33,637 bases of DNA, from contig JASJQH010000072.1 in the NCBI GenBank assembly GCA_040143965.1, forward strand, positions 1-33,637, written 5' to 3'. Below, in pieces: positions 10,061-21,825 of this stretch. Position 1 is the first letter of the stretch; each line of letters begins with the position of its first letter. The position numbers were made by a program, and so were the translations under genes. The notes beneath the pieces are model-generated. The model saw nothing but the letters and a program-made list of their open reading frames with translations, was not told the origin of the DNA and did not search any database. This DNA is from Basidiobolus ranarum. Lineage: Eukaryota.

Positions 10061-11788
10061 TTAATAAAGTAGAGCATCCAAACTTCCAGCTTCTTGTTGT
10101 TCCTTGACGAACATTTCAAAGTAACTGTAGATGATAGTGACCGCTAAAAGAATACCAGTACCGGAGCCAATAGCACCTATGATAATAATTGTGTTAAGTA
10201 ATGAATGAAATCCTCCGCAATAACTTCTTAAACTTACCCATTAAATCAGCAGCTACTGAAAGAGTACCAATAAGAATACCTCCCAAGGTAGCAGCCAGAG
10301 GGATAGTCTTCTTCAAGACCTTATACATGGACTCATCGCGATACCCAGCCAATGTGACATTTTGATCTTTAAGTTGCTTAGCAACATCCTTGGGTGAGGA
10401 TCCAGAGACCTCAATCCAAGTCCGGGAGAACATGGCACAGGCGGAAAGCATAAATACAAGATACAATACGAAATGAATGGGATCTTTCATGGCATCAGTG
10501 AAATTATGGGGAGGGGTAAGATAATAGGCTAATCCACTAGTGGCAAAGAATTGGGAGGTTCCCTCATAGGGCTCCCAGACACCGAGTAAGCGAACAAGAA
10601 GGTTCTCAGGGAAACGGTTGTGAAGCATTTGGGAAATCATGAAGACGTTGGAGGTCAAGGCAGATTGAAGCATAATAGGCATGTTGGATGTGTAGAAAAG
10701 CTTAACGGGGAAGCTACCACGGAATCCGCGAACTCTGCTGTTCTTAATGGGAAGTTCAACTCTGAATCCTTGCAAGTAAATAACTGCACCGAAAACTGCG
10801 ATAGTAGCGAACAAATTCATAAGATTGGGCAAATTACTACGGTAGAGAGCCTCTGACAAAGCACGGACTTTGTTCTCACGAGTAAAGAGCAAATGGAAAG
10901 TGGCAATGATAGCACCTTCAAACTCGGGACCACGACCGGTGTTGACAGTAGTAGGAGCCAAAGCCTTCCAGATGATATTTTCACAAATGTTGGTGGCAAT
11001 GAACAAATTAATACCAGAGCCAAGGCCATAACCCTTTTGAAGCAACTCATCCAAAAGAATGACAATCATACCGGCGGTGAAAAGTTGAATAATGAGAAGC
11101 AAGCAAATACCAGCACCAAGGTCTTGAGGAGTACCATAAATACCGGTGAGAACGGATACGGTAGCTTGTCCGAAAGTAATCAGGATAGCGAATACTAATT
11201 TTGTAAATGAGTTAGCAACCCATTATTGACAACATCAATTCCCATCTGAAAAGATATGTAAAAAAATACGAACATTTTTGTGCACCATTGAATAATACTC
11301 TATCTTCTTTCAAAGAGTAGTCTACTTCGATGATATTCGCACCAGCCAACAGTTGCATAATCATTCCCGAAGTAATAATAGGTGTAATACCGTGCTCCAT
11401 GAGGGTACCTCTGTTGGAAGCCAAGATGACACGCATCCAGTACAGAGGATCGGAAGTATCAGCGGAAACGATACCATATAGAGGAATCTGTGAGCAGACC
11501 AAGAAAATGAAGAGTGTGATGGCAGTCCATAAGATCTTCTGCTTAAAAGGAATCTGTAAAGAAGGCGATTTTAGTATTATGTCAGTGGATAGATCCTTTG
11601 ACTGTAAACTTACCTTTCTGTCGGGGGCAGCAATTTCTGGCAACACAGCCATAAAAGGCCGAATCAAATGTAAGAACCTGACTATATTATAACAATGCAA
11701 GTGGTATGAGTAATGTGATGGCATGAAGAGTGCAAGTGATATGGCGAATATGCACAATAGATCACATAGGAGAATACATACACGACAT
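10061..11788 (-). CDS. SEC61: Protein transport protein Sec61 subunit alpha; exons 11782-11788, 11614-11681, 11274-11553, 10238-11194, 10061-10176
   Basis: [93 protein letters not shown]. Introns are canonical. Confidence 0.98.
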
Positions 11789-12415
11789 CGAACTGAGAGT
11801 CAGGTATTAAAGTAGAATCAAGGGACAAAGACCAAAAGAAGAGTGGACCAAAGACTGAAAGGGAGATACTGCAAACACAATATATATATCTAGCTCACAA
11901 AGTAGAAACCGCCAACACTCTAGTTTGTAAAGAAAGGAAGCTAGCTATGAATATTTAAAAGCACCACCTCGAATGTATTGATGGATTTGTAGAGAGGGAG
12001 TTCAAAAAGGATCTAAATAATTGCTACGAAACCCAACATGATTTGTGTAAAACTAAGAATCGAGATCAATTCGACGAATCATAAGCTGAGCTACATATAG
12101 TGTTGTAATTCTACTGTTGGATAGTGTTTATATTTTTTTGGGTACCAGAATGTGATGCATTTCTCTCCCCCTTTTCCAAGCAGTGTCATGGGCATGAAAT
12201 GAAAATAAGGCTACCCAAAAGATATGCATAGCATTAGTAACGCGCTCACTTACTGACAAATATATCCACCAATAGTCATTAGGAAATGAATGAGATACAG
12301 AACTGATTGGTACAATGGGATACGAGACTGATTGGCACAATAAGATCTGACAAAAGAGCCAATCAATATAAAGTTGGAAAATGATCTTCATTCTTTCGTT
12401 TTGTGTGATTGATTT

Positions 12416-12450
12416 CTAACCCTAAGGATTATTCCTAACCCTAACCCTAA
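12416..12450 (+). repeat. Interstitial telomere-type (CCCTAA)n motifs in the SEC61-SYF2 divergent intergenic region
   Basis: ctaaccctaa at 12416-12425 and cctaaccctaaccctaa at 12434-12450. Confidence 0.6.
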
Positions 12451-12726
12451 TAGTGATATATTATTTTAGGAAATACACATTTTTTCTAAGCCGTTTGAAA
12501 GTGTCGAATCGTTTCTATGGGAAAGAATCAAACGGAACAAAATCAATGACTAGATTTTATACTAGCTCTGAGGTAAAAGGGTTAAGTTATCATGAAACGT
12601 ACGATAGTCAAAATGTATAGTTAATTGATTAAGAAAATTCTAATATTCGATCCTTTTCAATTTCTTTTAATTTTCCTAACTGTTCTTCAAACTTTTCTAC
12701 TGTTAGCTTCTTAACTCCTTAAAATA

Positions 12727-13769
12727 ATGCCTTCAGATCAGGAAATAAGTGAGACGAATAATGATTCAAAAACCGTGTTAGAAGATAAAGAGGAACAAGT
12801 AGAGCCAATTACCAAGGAAGAAAAGAAGAAAATAATTGAGGGTGTAGCACATGAAAGTTCAAGTGAAGACGAAGAACTCAACTTGGAAAATGCTCCAGAA
12901 AACTTACGCGCAAAGTATGAAAAGCTTAAGACATTAAGACAACGTTTGGTATTGTGGATTTACTTGGTACTTAACGATTACCGATCTAATATACTAAAAT
13001 TGTTATTTGTGAAGTCTGACTCTACCAAAGCAAACAGACAAGATCTATATGCTGAACATCAAAGGAACAAAATAAACCCCAAAGAAGAAGCTCGTAACGA
13101 GAGAAAAAAGACTGAAGCTGAAAGATTATTAGCTCGCAAGGTAAATATTTTTTGGTGACATTGGTGGATGTTCGCAATGGACTTATGTGCTAAAATAATG
13201 TATAGGAAGCAACCGATAATGGCGAAGACTACGAGAGAACACGATTCTGGGAGTATTCAGCCGAGCGTGTTGAGAAATGGGAGAAAAAGCAAGAAAAAAA
13301 GGCAAAGCGAGCTGACACTGCATTTACAGGTATTTCATCTCTAACGTAGTGTTATAAGTATGCCAATTTATCCCAGTGCACTAACCCATTGTTCTTAGAT
13401 TACAATCAAGTTGCACATAAAAAGTACAAGAAACTTATCAATGAATTGAAGCCTAATTTAGCCGCATATAATGAGCAGAAGGCAATGGCCAGCACTAGTG
13501 GAGACATGGAAGAATTCTATCAAGATGCCAACTCATTGAGTTTCATTGAGAACAAACCTGATCGCGAATCGGTAGACCGACTAGTTACAGATGTACAGAA
13601 GCAGATCGACAAACGTGCCAAGGTATCACGTCGTCGCGCTTTCAACGAGGAAGACGATGTCACATATATCAACGAACGTAACATGCACTTTAACCGCAAG
13701 ATTTCTCGTGCATATGATAAATACACTAAGGAGATTAGAGATAATTTCGAGAGAGGAACCGCTCTTTGA
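12727..13769 (+). CDS. SYF2: Pre-mRNA splicing factor SYF2; exons 12727-12948, 13015-13140, 13206-13329, 13399-13769
   Basis: GEDYERTRFWEYSAERVEKW, DTAFTDYNQ, DDVTYINERNMHFNRKISRAYDKYTKEIRDNFERGTAL. Confidence 0.95.
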
Positions 13770-13948
13770 TTTGATCATGTTGTGTTCTTCATTGTAAAAT
13801 AAATATCGTTTATTAAGCCAAATCCAAAGGTCGAATATTGGTTTTTATTATATAATGCTAGGTTTTGTTGGAATTAATATTTTACAAAACGGGGATATGC
13901 TGTTGCCCTAATGGCTCTACACTACAAATGATATAATACAAACAACGC

Positions 13949-15628
13949 TCATGTGCAAGGGCGCGTATCAGGGCGCGTGTCATCTAGATACCAATCTGGG
14001 TGGGCTTCCAAAATCATTTGAACCTAAACAACGTAACGATAAGTGGGAAGAAAAGAGGAATATACATGATCTGGACTTACCTCACGCTCGGTTCTAATGT
14101 ATCCAAGCTGTTCAGAGGTGCTAAGTAATTCGTTGTCATCCGGCGTTTTGTGATTGTCATTTTCGATACATTGTGCTATTGAACGTAGGTTCTTCAAACT
14201 TTCGGAGGTCAACCGATCCTTGGAAACTTTATGAAGCAACAATTTTTGCATCAACAAGCTTTCTTCATCCTGTGTTACTAATGATTCTTCTGACAGATCA
14301 TGCGGAGTGGAGAATAGTATCTCCTTAATTCTGTTTTCTGCCGAAGTAATCTTTGGTATCCGCTGTTGCTTTTTGGTAAGGTTACGTTGATATGAAGGTA
14401 CACCGATGAATTGGTCAAATTTCCGCTTTGTGCAGGCTTCTGTTTCATTTGTACTAGTATCGGTTTCATTTGTACTATGCAGAGGCGATGCTTGAGGACT
14501 AGGTGAACTAACATCTCTAATGACTTCGAAGTAGTTGATGACATCTAATAAATGTAGGTAAATATTCTTCTTTGTGACTTCACCTCCCCAAGGAAGTCTG
14601 TTTGCATACTTGATCATCACGTCGATTCCTTCTTTGTAACGCTGTTGGATTGATTGTTTTGGGCATCCAGATGCTGATGCAATTATGTCCAAGAACGCCT
14701 TTGCCAGGTTTTCCTGTTCCAAACCTTCTATCGCCAGGAGAATACTTGCACATGCAACCATCTTAGGTCTACGGCCTATTGCTACACCGGCTTCCTGGAT
14801 CACATTCAATGCTTTCCCAGAGAGTTCTAAAACCTTAAGATGAGGAAGGTCCTGGAACTTGTATCTTTCGAAGGAAAGTTCCTCTACTTTACGATAGACC
14901 TGACTCAGTATAGCTTCTACAAATAGGTAGGGGTCAATGTTGGGGGTAATGATATTCAAATTTGTCTTGATTTGACAGTAGATTCGTCCGAGTAGGAAAA
15001 CATCACATTGAGCAGCATTCTATAAAGTATTTACAAAGTAATTTGTAAGTATAGTTCTTTCAATTGGCTTAGAAATGTTATTATATACTTACTGCTACTT
15101 TATCAAAACCAAGACCCCTCTCCTCTTCACGTATTGTAATGCACACACAGGCCGCTCCAAGGAGTTCGCCTTTACGTCCAAAATGAGGACCTTTTGCCTG
15201 CTTAATGTAAGAGGCGTACAAGTGTTTTGCTCTTTCGGCGCAGGATTTAAGAAGTAACATGGAGGTAATTTTATCTATAAATGAATGTACAAGGTACTAT
15301 GAATGAACAATTGGTTAGTGTTCTGATGAAGTAACTATGGATATTTAAGAGTATATATTATAGAATGACTTCCATTGAGCTACTTCAGCTAAATACTTAC
15401 TATATTGTATTGGTCTTTCCCTCTCATCTGCCGCTTAACTCTTCCCTCCATTTTAGAGCCAGAGTAGGCTACACCACTATTATCGATTTGAGTTTGACCT
15501 TCATATTCCCCACCGTCGTTTGTTGAAATTGTATTCTCGTCTAATACTAAACCACACGAAACACAAATATTGGCACCAAGTTGCGCATCCTCAATAATGT
15601 CAATCGAGCCACAAGAACAAACAAGCAT
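13949..15628 (-). CDS. TFIIB-related factor (BRF family, BRF2-like architecture); exons 15401-15628, 15093-15296, 14081-15019, 13949-14023
   Basis: N-terminal Zn ribbon CxCG...G..ICxxCGLVLDEN; two cyclin-fold repeats (GRKGELLGAACV; GRRPKMVACASILLA); C-terminal QLGYIRTEREVQ resembling the BRF TBP-anchor. About 480 aa. Confidence 0.85.
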
Positions 15629-15630
15629 AA

Positions 15631-15765
15631 GTATAATGACTAAGGAGGCGATACAATGGCCTAACTCGATTAATATATCAATTAAATTGGTAAATTCGAA
15701 TTCAAATCCAAATACCAATCAGTCAAATAAGCAGGAACGAAAAAAAGCAAGAAAAAAAAGGATAT
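15631..15765 (-). other. Probable U12-type AT-AC intron in the 5'UTR of the BRF-like gene
   Basis: Minus strand: ATATCCTTTT from 15765; CTCCTTAGT branch-like element (plus-strand 15639-15647); ends ATAC, followed by TT-ATG. There is no reading-frame constraint to confirm it. Confidence 0.55.
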
Positions 15766-15963
15766 GATTTGTTTTAAGAGTCCAAACCGCTGACAAATGA
15801 AATCCTTGATGTGACTGGTTTGCTAAATAGCAGGATCTATTGAAGCGAAGTATCTTTATTTGAATAATAAATATCGAATATTGGTTGGGAAACATTTTGT
15901 TTGATATCTGAGAGTAAAATAAATATCAAGAATAGTTATCGAAGATATGGGAAAGTAGCTGAT

Positions 15964-16929
15964 TCATTCATCACGTTTGCCTAGATTCAAAATTTCTCCC
16001 AAGCCAAGGTTATTTTTCTTTTGTTCTTGAGGGGTAGTGGTAAGGACTCTAGACATAGCCGGTTCATTGTTATTCTCTTTTCCAAGACTTAGGACGCGTA
16101 GTAGCCCGGCCTCTTTGGAGCCACCGGATTTAGAGAGGTTTGGGAGAATCGCCGTCTCTTTCTCTCTATCGTCTAAAGTTTTGCTGATTTTTTGTTCTTG
16201 GTCTTTTGATTCCTCAATATCACTATTGATTGTCGGTGCGGATAAAATAGATTTCCCGGGGGTGCCCTTTCCACCAGTTAATCCACTTAGAATATCTAAA
16301 GGTGAGCCACGCTTAAGAAGGTTGAGACCATTCAAGGCTTTGTCAGTGGCAGGGCGTTTCTTATCTCCCGGCTCAGCAGACCCCAAGTTAAATAAACCAG
16401 CTAGAGGGTTAGCACCTTTGGTGCCACCAGCTAGTGGGGAGGATAGCAATCGTGAGATCAAGCCGTCTTTTTCCTTGGACGAGAGAATCCGATTTGAGGG
16501 AACATCTGAATTGGTATTAGGCTTTGATAAGCTCAGTAATTGATTGATCTCTTCAGTAGAAAGTAAATCCTTATCTAAAGCACGCTTTAAGATGGCTTTA
16601 CCAGCATCACCTTTAGGTTGATTGAGTAATTGTTGAATAGATCCCAATATATTCATCTTATCAACCTTCTCATTGGATGTAGTGCGTTCACTTCCTTTCT
16701 CCGAAATAGTTTCAGATTCGTTATCCATGTTGATAATTCCACTTCCCAGGATATTTTTTCCTTTTCCTTGAGATCCAGAGAAGTTTAGAATGTTACCGAT
16801 ATTATTGTTTGGAGCTTCGCCTCCCAAAAGAGATCTAGCCTGTAGTTGGTTAGTGGCCTCCTCAATTGGTGCTGAGTTTACGTGAGCCACTGAGAGAAGA
16901 GTCAAGGCAATTGTAAGAGAGGCTTTCAT
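15964..16929 (-). CDS. Secreted Gly/Leu/Ser/Lys/Asn-rich precursor with dibasic (Kex2-type) sites, 321 aa
   Basis: Signal peptide MKASLTIALTLLSVAHVNS|API, propeptide ending LQAR, internal ILKR, LLKR and LGKR. Intronless ORF. Confidence 0.85.
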   Translation of the reverse strand: MKASLTIALTLLSVAHVNSAPIEEATNQLQARSLLGGEAPNNNIGNILNFSGSQGKGKNILGSGIINMDNESETISEKGSERTTSNEKVDKMNILGSIQQLLNQPKGDAGKAILKRALDKDLLSTEEINQLLSLSKPNTNSDVPSNRILSSKEKDGLISRLLSSPLAGGTKGANPLAGLFNLGSAEPGDKKRPATDKALNGLNLLKRGSPLDILSGLTGGKGTPGKSILSAPTINSDIEESKDQEQKISKTLDDREKETAILPNLSKSGGSKEAGLLRVLSLGKENNNEPAMSRVLTTTPQEQKKNNLGLGEILNLGKRDE

Positions 16930-17482
16930 GGTGATAGTAAGTAAATGAAAGGTTGATTAATGAACGATTGGTAGGTAGAGAAGTGAGTATGAATTGATTT
17001 TTGGGATAGCGAGTCATGAGGGTATTTATCTAGAATTCTCTAAAACTCATTCGAGGTAGGGGATTTACTGGGTTTGTTTGTGGATAGTGTCGAGTATCAT
17101 ACATGTTGAATTCGGGGATTATTTGGTTACCATAGGTGATGTTTGCTCATTAACAACTGTAGATGGTTTGCTCGTGCAGATTTTTGATTTGTTTATTGTT
17201 CCAATGTTGAAACGATCGGAGTAGTGGGGATAGCATAGTTTCCAATATAGCCATTGCGATATGGATATTTAAAGATAGAAAACATCGGTATTTCTATACA
17301 TACTAATGTAAGCCCCAAGATTAACCTCCGGAGTTTGGATTATACAACAGTTCATTAAGAGTGACCAATCTATATGATACTATGGTAGCGTGGAATTACT
17401 ATAGTATCAGAGGTTTGTAAAGAGAGCCAATATTCAAGTACTTATTCAATGCTGGGGTATTTTTATTTACAAGATGATCAGG

Positions 17483-18437
17483 CTACTTCCATTGGCGTGG
17501 TATCAGCAATGCTGGGAGGATCCTGTGAAAAAGAACGTGTTTAGAGGTATTATTCCAGCATATTCTGACTAGAGTAAACTGCTTACCAGGTTGATGTTAG
17601 TATAATCCCAGAATCATGATCTTTTCGTTGAATCAGTGCTATTTGTATACTAATAAACCCGGAAATCACTTTCGTAAAAGGTGCTAGAGCAGGGATCGCT
17701 ACGGATAAAGCGGCAACTAATTCGACAACTGCACCTGCTGTATTACCTTCCATGATGAGCTGTTTAACTAACTCATCTGGTAAATACATCTCATACCCCC
17801 ACCAATAGGTGTAAACTGATGCAGCATCTCGGGGAGGAGGTTCATTATTCTGTACTGGGCCGTGAGTTGTGGCTATCGTGTCTAGTGGAGAGAAGTCTAC
17901 AAGCTCAATTCTTGGCCGTGTTTCTTTCAAAGATAAATGAACAGTGGAAATAGGTTGGGCAGGTTCCTGGGAGAATAGAAAGCTCATATCGTCAGACGAA
18001 CCCACTTCAGGTAAGCCTCGAAGAAGAGGTAGCACTTTATTCATTGTATCGGGATCTTGCAGTGCTTTGATGGTTTTTACCGAATCTGAGTGCTTCCGCT
18101 TACCTGTCATAATGTCACGAGCTTCATGGGCTAATACTTCATGTTTGCTGGCACGTTTACAAGCTTTCTGTTTAGAAATTCGTGTCTGCCTAAAAAGCCG
18201 CATTCTTTGGTAATTAGAGAGCTGTGGAAGAAGCTTTCACGGGTTGAAATTAGGAATCGTTGATAAATACAAAATCGAAGGCTCACTTAAGACCCGCAAT
18301 CAAAGAAAGGCCGTATAAAAAGGAAAGGAAACAAGGCAAACCAACTACCTCAATATGAGTGTAACACAACATTTTCAATTTGACCCCAGATCTTATTTCT
18401 GAACGTCAGATCTTACCTTAATTTGCTTCACTTTCAT
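17483..18437 (-). CDS. Conserved-looking fungal hypothetical protein; exons 18417-18437 (tentative), 17587-18221, 17483-17522
   Basis: YTYWWGYEMYLP motif, hydrophobic helices and the spliced C-terminus STW|ILPALLIPRQWK. The upstream mini-exon MKVKQIK|GTAAGA joins in frame at the CACAG acceptor (18222). Confidence 0.7.
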
Positions 18438-18913
18438 TTAATAATATGTGAAGTATTTCGTCACAGATCAGCAGAGTCTCACAACTGTCATTGATATGGG
18501 TTTTAATTTAAATTGGAGACAAAGGTGAGTATCATTGAGCTACCAATCTGGCTTTCACCTGTCACGTTAGTCACTTCAAATAAGTGATGCCATTCCAAAG
18601 ATCGAACTGCACAGAGCCACTTACGATTAGGTTTATAATAACTAAAATAAAGTAGCATGATACGATATCGTTGTTCTTGCACGCCACTTGATACAAATAA
18701 AGGTCTAGGGTGATTAACAATGGAGTAACAAGAAGAGTAATAATCTAAAATCCATTCTACAGCCTTGTACTTTTAAAAATCTTTACTTTGATGTTAAACT
18801 GATATTATCAATCAATAACAACTAGAAATAGAACTTCAACTTTATGGGTATATTGCAGTAAAGAGTGAAGTAGGATGAAAACCGATGGCTGTATTTCAAT
18901 TGCTCATCAAATA

Positions 18914-19397
18914 TTATTCGTCAAAAAGAAACTTGTTTACTTGTTCAGACTCATGCGCTTCTTCAAATTCACTGAATATCTAGAGTAGAGATCCATATGA
19001 GTTAATAAGGGGCCGTTTTGAAACAGAATGATGCCACTTATTTAAATAAAAGGGAAAGGTGAACTTACTCCGCGAAATTCTCCATCAACGAAGATCTGTG
19101 GTAATTCGTTGGTTTTGTTCAAGTTCTTGCGTTTCATGTAATTTTTTGCCTTTTCATCAGCGGCGATGTCTACAAACTCGAAAGGGATCTTACGGCTGTT
19201 TAAAATGGATTCGAGTTGTTGCTGTCTGTCTTTTATCTAGCTCAGATAATACATACAGATTATTTAACTTGAAAGTAAGTTACAAATAGTTGTGAAGAAA
19301 CTTCATATACCTGCATATTTCCAGAAATAGAAGAACCATAGATCTCGACAACCTTGGAGCGATCTTCAGGGATGGGGGTTTGACAAGGGAAATACAT
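18914..19397 (-). CDS. SH3BGR-like thioredoxin/glutaredoxin-fold protein, 106 aa; exons 19311-19397, 19069-19236, 18914-18979
   Basis: Spliced product: MYFPCQTPIPEDRSKVVEIYGSSISGNMQIKDRQQQLESILNSRKIPFEFVDIAADEKAKNYMKRKNLNKTNELPQIFVDGEFRGIFSEFEEAHESEQVNKFLFDE. Two phase-0 GT-AG introns. Absent from the ORF track. Confidence 0.9.
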
Positions 19398-19743
19398 AGT
19401 GAACAGTGAATAAAGCAAGCTTTGTGAACGTGATATCAACTACACATTTGAAGCTATTTGCACATAATCAAATACACTGGTTCATATGGCGTCATTCCAT
19501 TTGTGATTAGAACTATGCATTGATTTAATCAAGTCCAAAGAATGCTTAAAGTTTGGTCATATGTATATAGTCATTTTCCCACGCTAATGGCTTAGCGAGA
19601 AATGCTGGCTATTAAGAACCCCTATTGGTTGTTATCGGTAATACTAGCATATATGAGCCGGTTTTCCCACGAAAGGAATGGTTAGATTTAAGGTAAAGAG
19701 GCACCAGCAGCTTTCCAAGATTACTTTGTTCTTCTATTCAAAC

Positions 19744-21168
<1,425 letters not shown>

Positions 21169-21327
21169 CTTTCTATTCCGGCTAGACTAAATATGAAGTA
21201 GCGAATAAATATGTTGAAATCATTAATACTGCATATTCATTTATTTGTACATAAACAGAGACAAATCTATATAGTAAGAGGACTGCATATAAGGTATTTA
21301 TAAATTTCGGTAGGGGTTATCTTACAT

Positions 21328-21825
21328 CTAGTTGGTTAAATCGACTTGTGTAAATTGGGAATTATCCTCAACTGGTATAGAAGTGGTAGTATGGCTCATT
21401 ACGTTCAGCTTGTATGGGATGATTTCCTCATTTTTAGTACACATGGAGGTTGGAGTTGTGGTTGTGGTGTAATCCTCCTCATAACCCGAGTCTTGGGACA
21501 TCTGTGCCCATTTCTTAGCCAACCAGTTTGGATCTGTTCTGCATAATTCCATAGGAAATCTAACTAAGCTTCTAAATGGGTCTTCTTCCAGATAACCAAC
21601 AAATTGATCTTTACCAGACTTTACCAAGACACACATTCGCGAACCATCCTTTATACGTTGTATTTTAGAACCCACATTCTCTGGAACCTGATAATCTCCC
21701 TTTAAGCTCACCACGCCCAAGATACGGTGGTCGAAAGGGTTAATATCCGAGAATCTGACGTGTTGTTCCTTCTTTGAAAGCACATCAGAATCCCCACGGA
21801 AACAAAAAGCAATGAAACAAAGCAT
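21328..21825 (-). CDS. Hypothetical protein, 165 aa
   Basis: Intronless ATG-started ORF with a TATATAA element upstream on the minus strand (~21921-21927). No recognised domain. Confidence 0.55.
   Translation of the reverse strand: MLCFIAFCFRGDSDVLSKKEQHVRFSDINPFDHRILGVVSLKGDYQVPENVGSKIQRIKDGSRMCVLVKSGKDQFVGYLEEDPFRSLVRFPMELCRTDPNWLAKKWAQMSQDSGYEEDYTTTTTPTSMCTKNEEIIPYKLNVMSHTTTSIPVEDNSQFTQVDLTN

Noticed and set aside
10620-11692. Plus-strand ORFs (78, 101, 120 aa) and an alternative-frame ORF over SEC61
   Set aside because: Antisense or out-of-frame shadows of a highly conserved gene.
12128-12391. 87-aa minus-strand ORF between SEC61 and SYF2
   Set aside because: No recognisable motifs and composition typical of a random AT-rich ORF in a promoter region. 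Not excluded, but unsupported.
16037-16543. 168-aa plus-strand ORF
   Set aside because: Antisense shadow of the secreted precursor, with a non-ATG start and no independent signals.
19059-19289. 76-aa plus-strand ORF
   Set aside because: Antisense to exon 2 of the SH3BGR-like gene.
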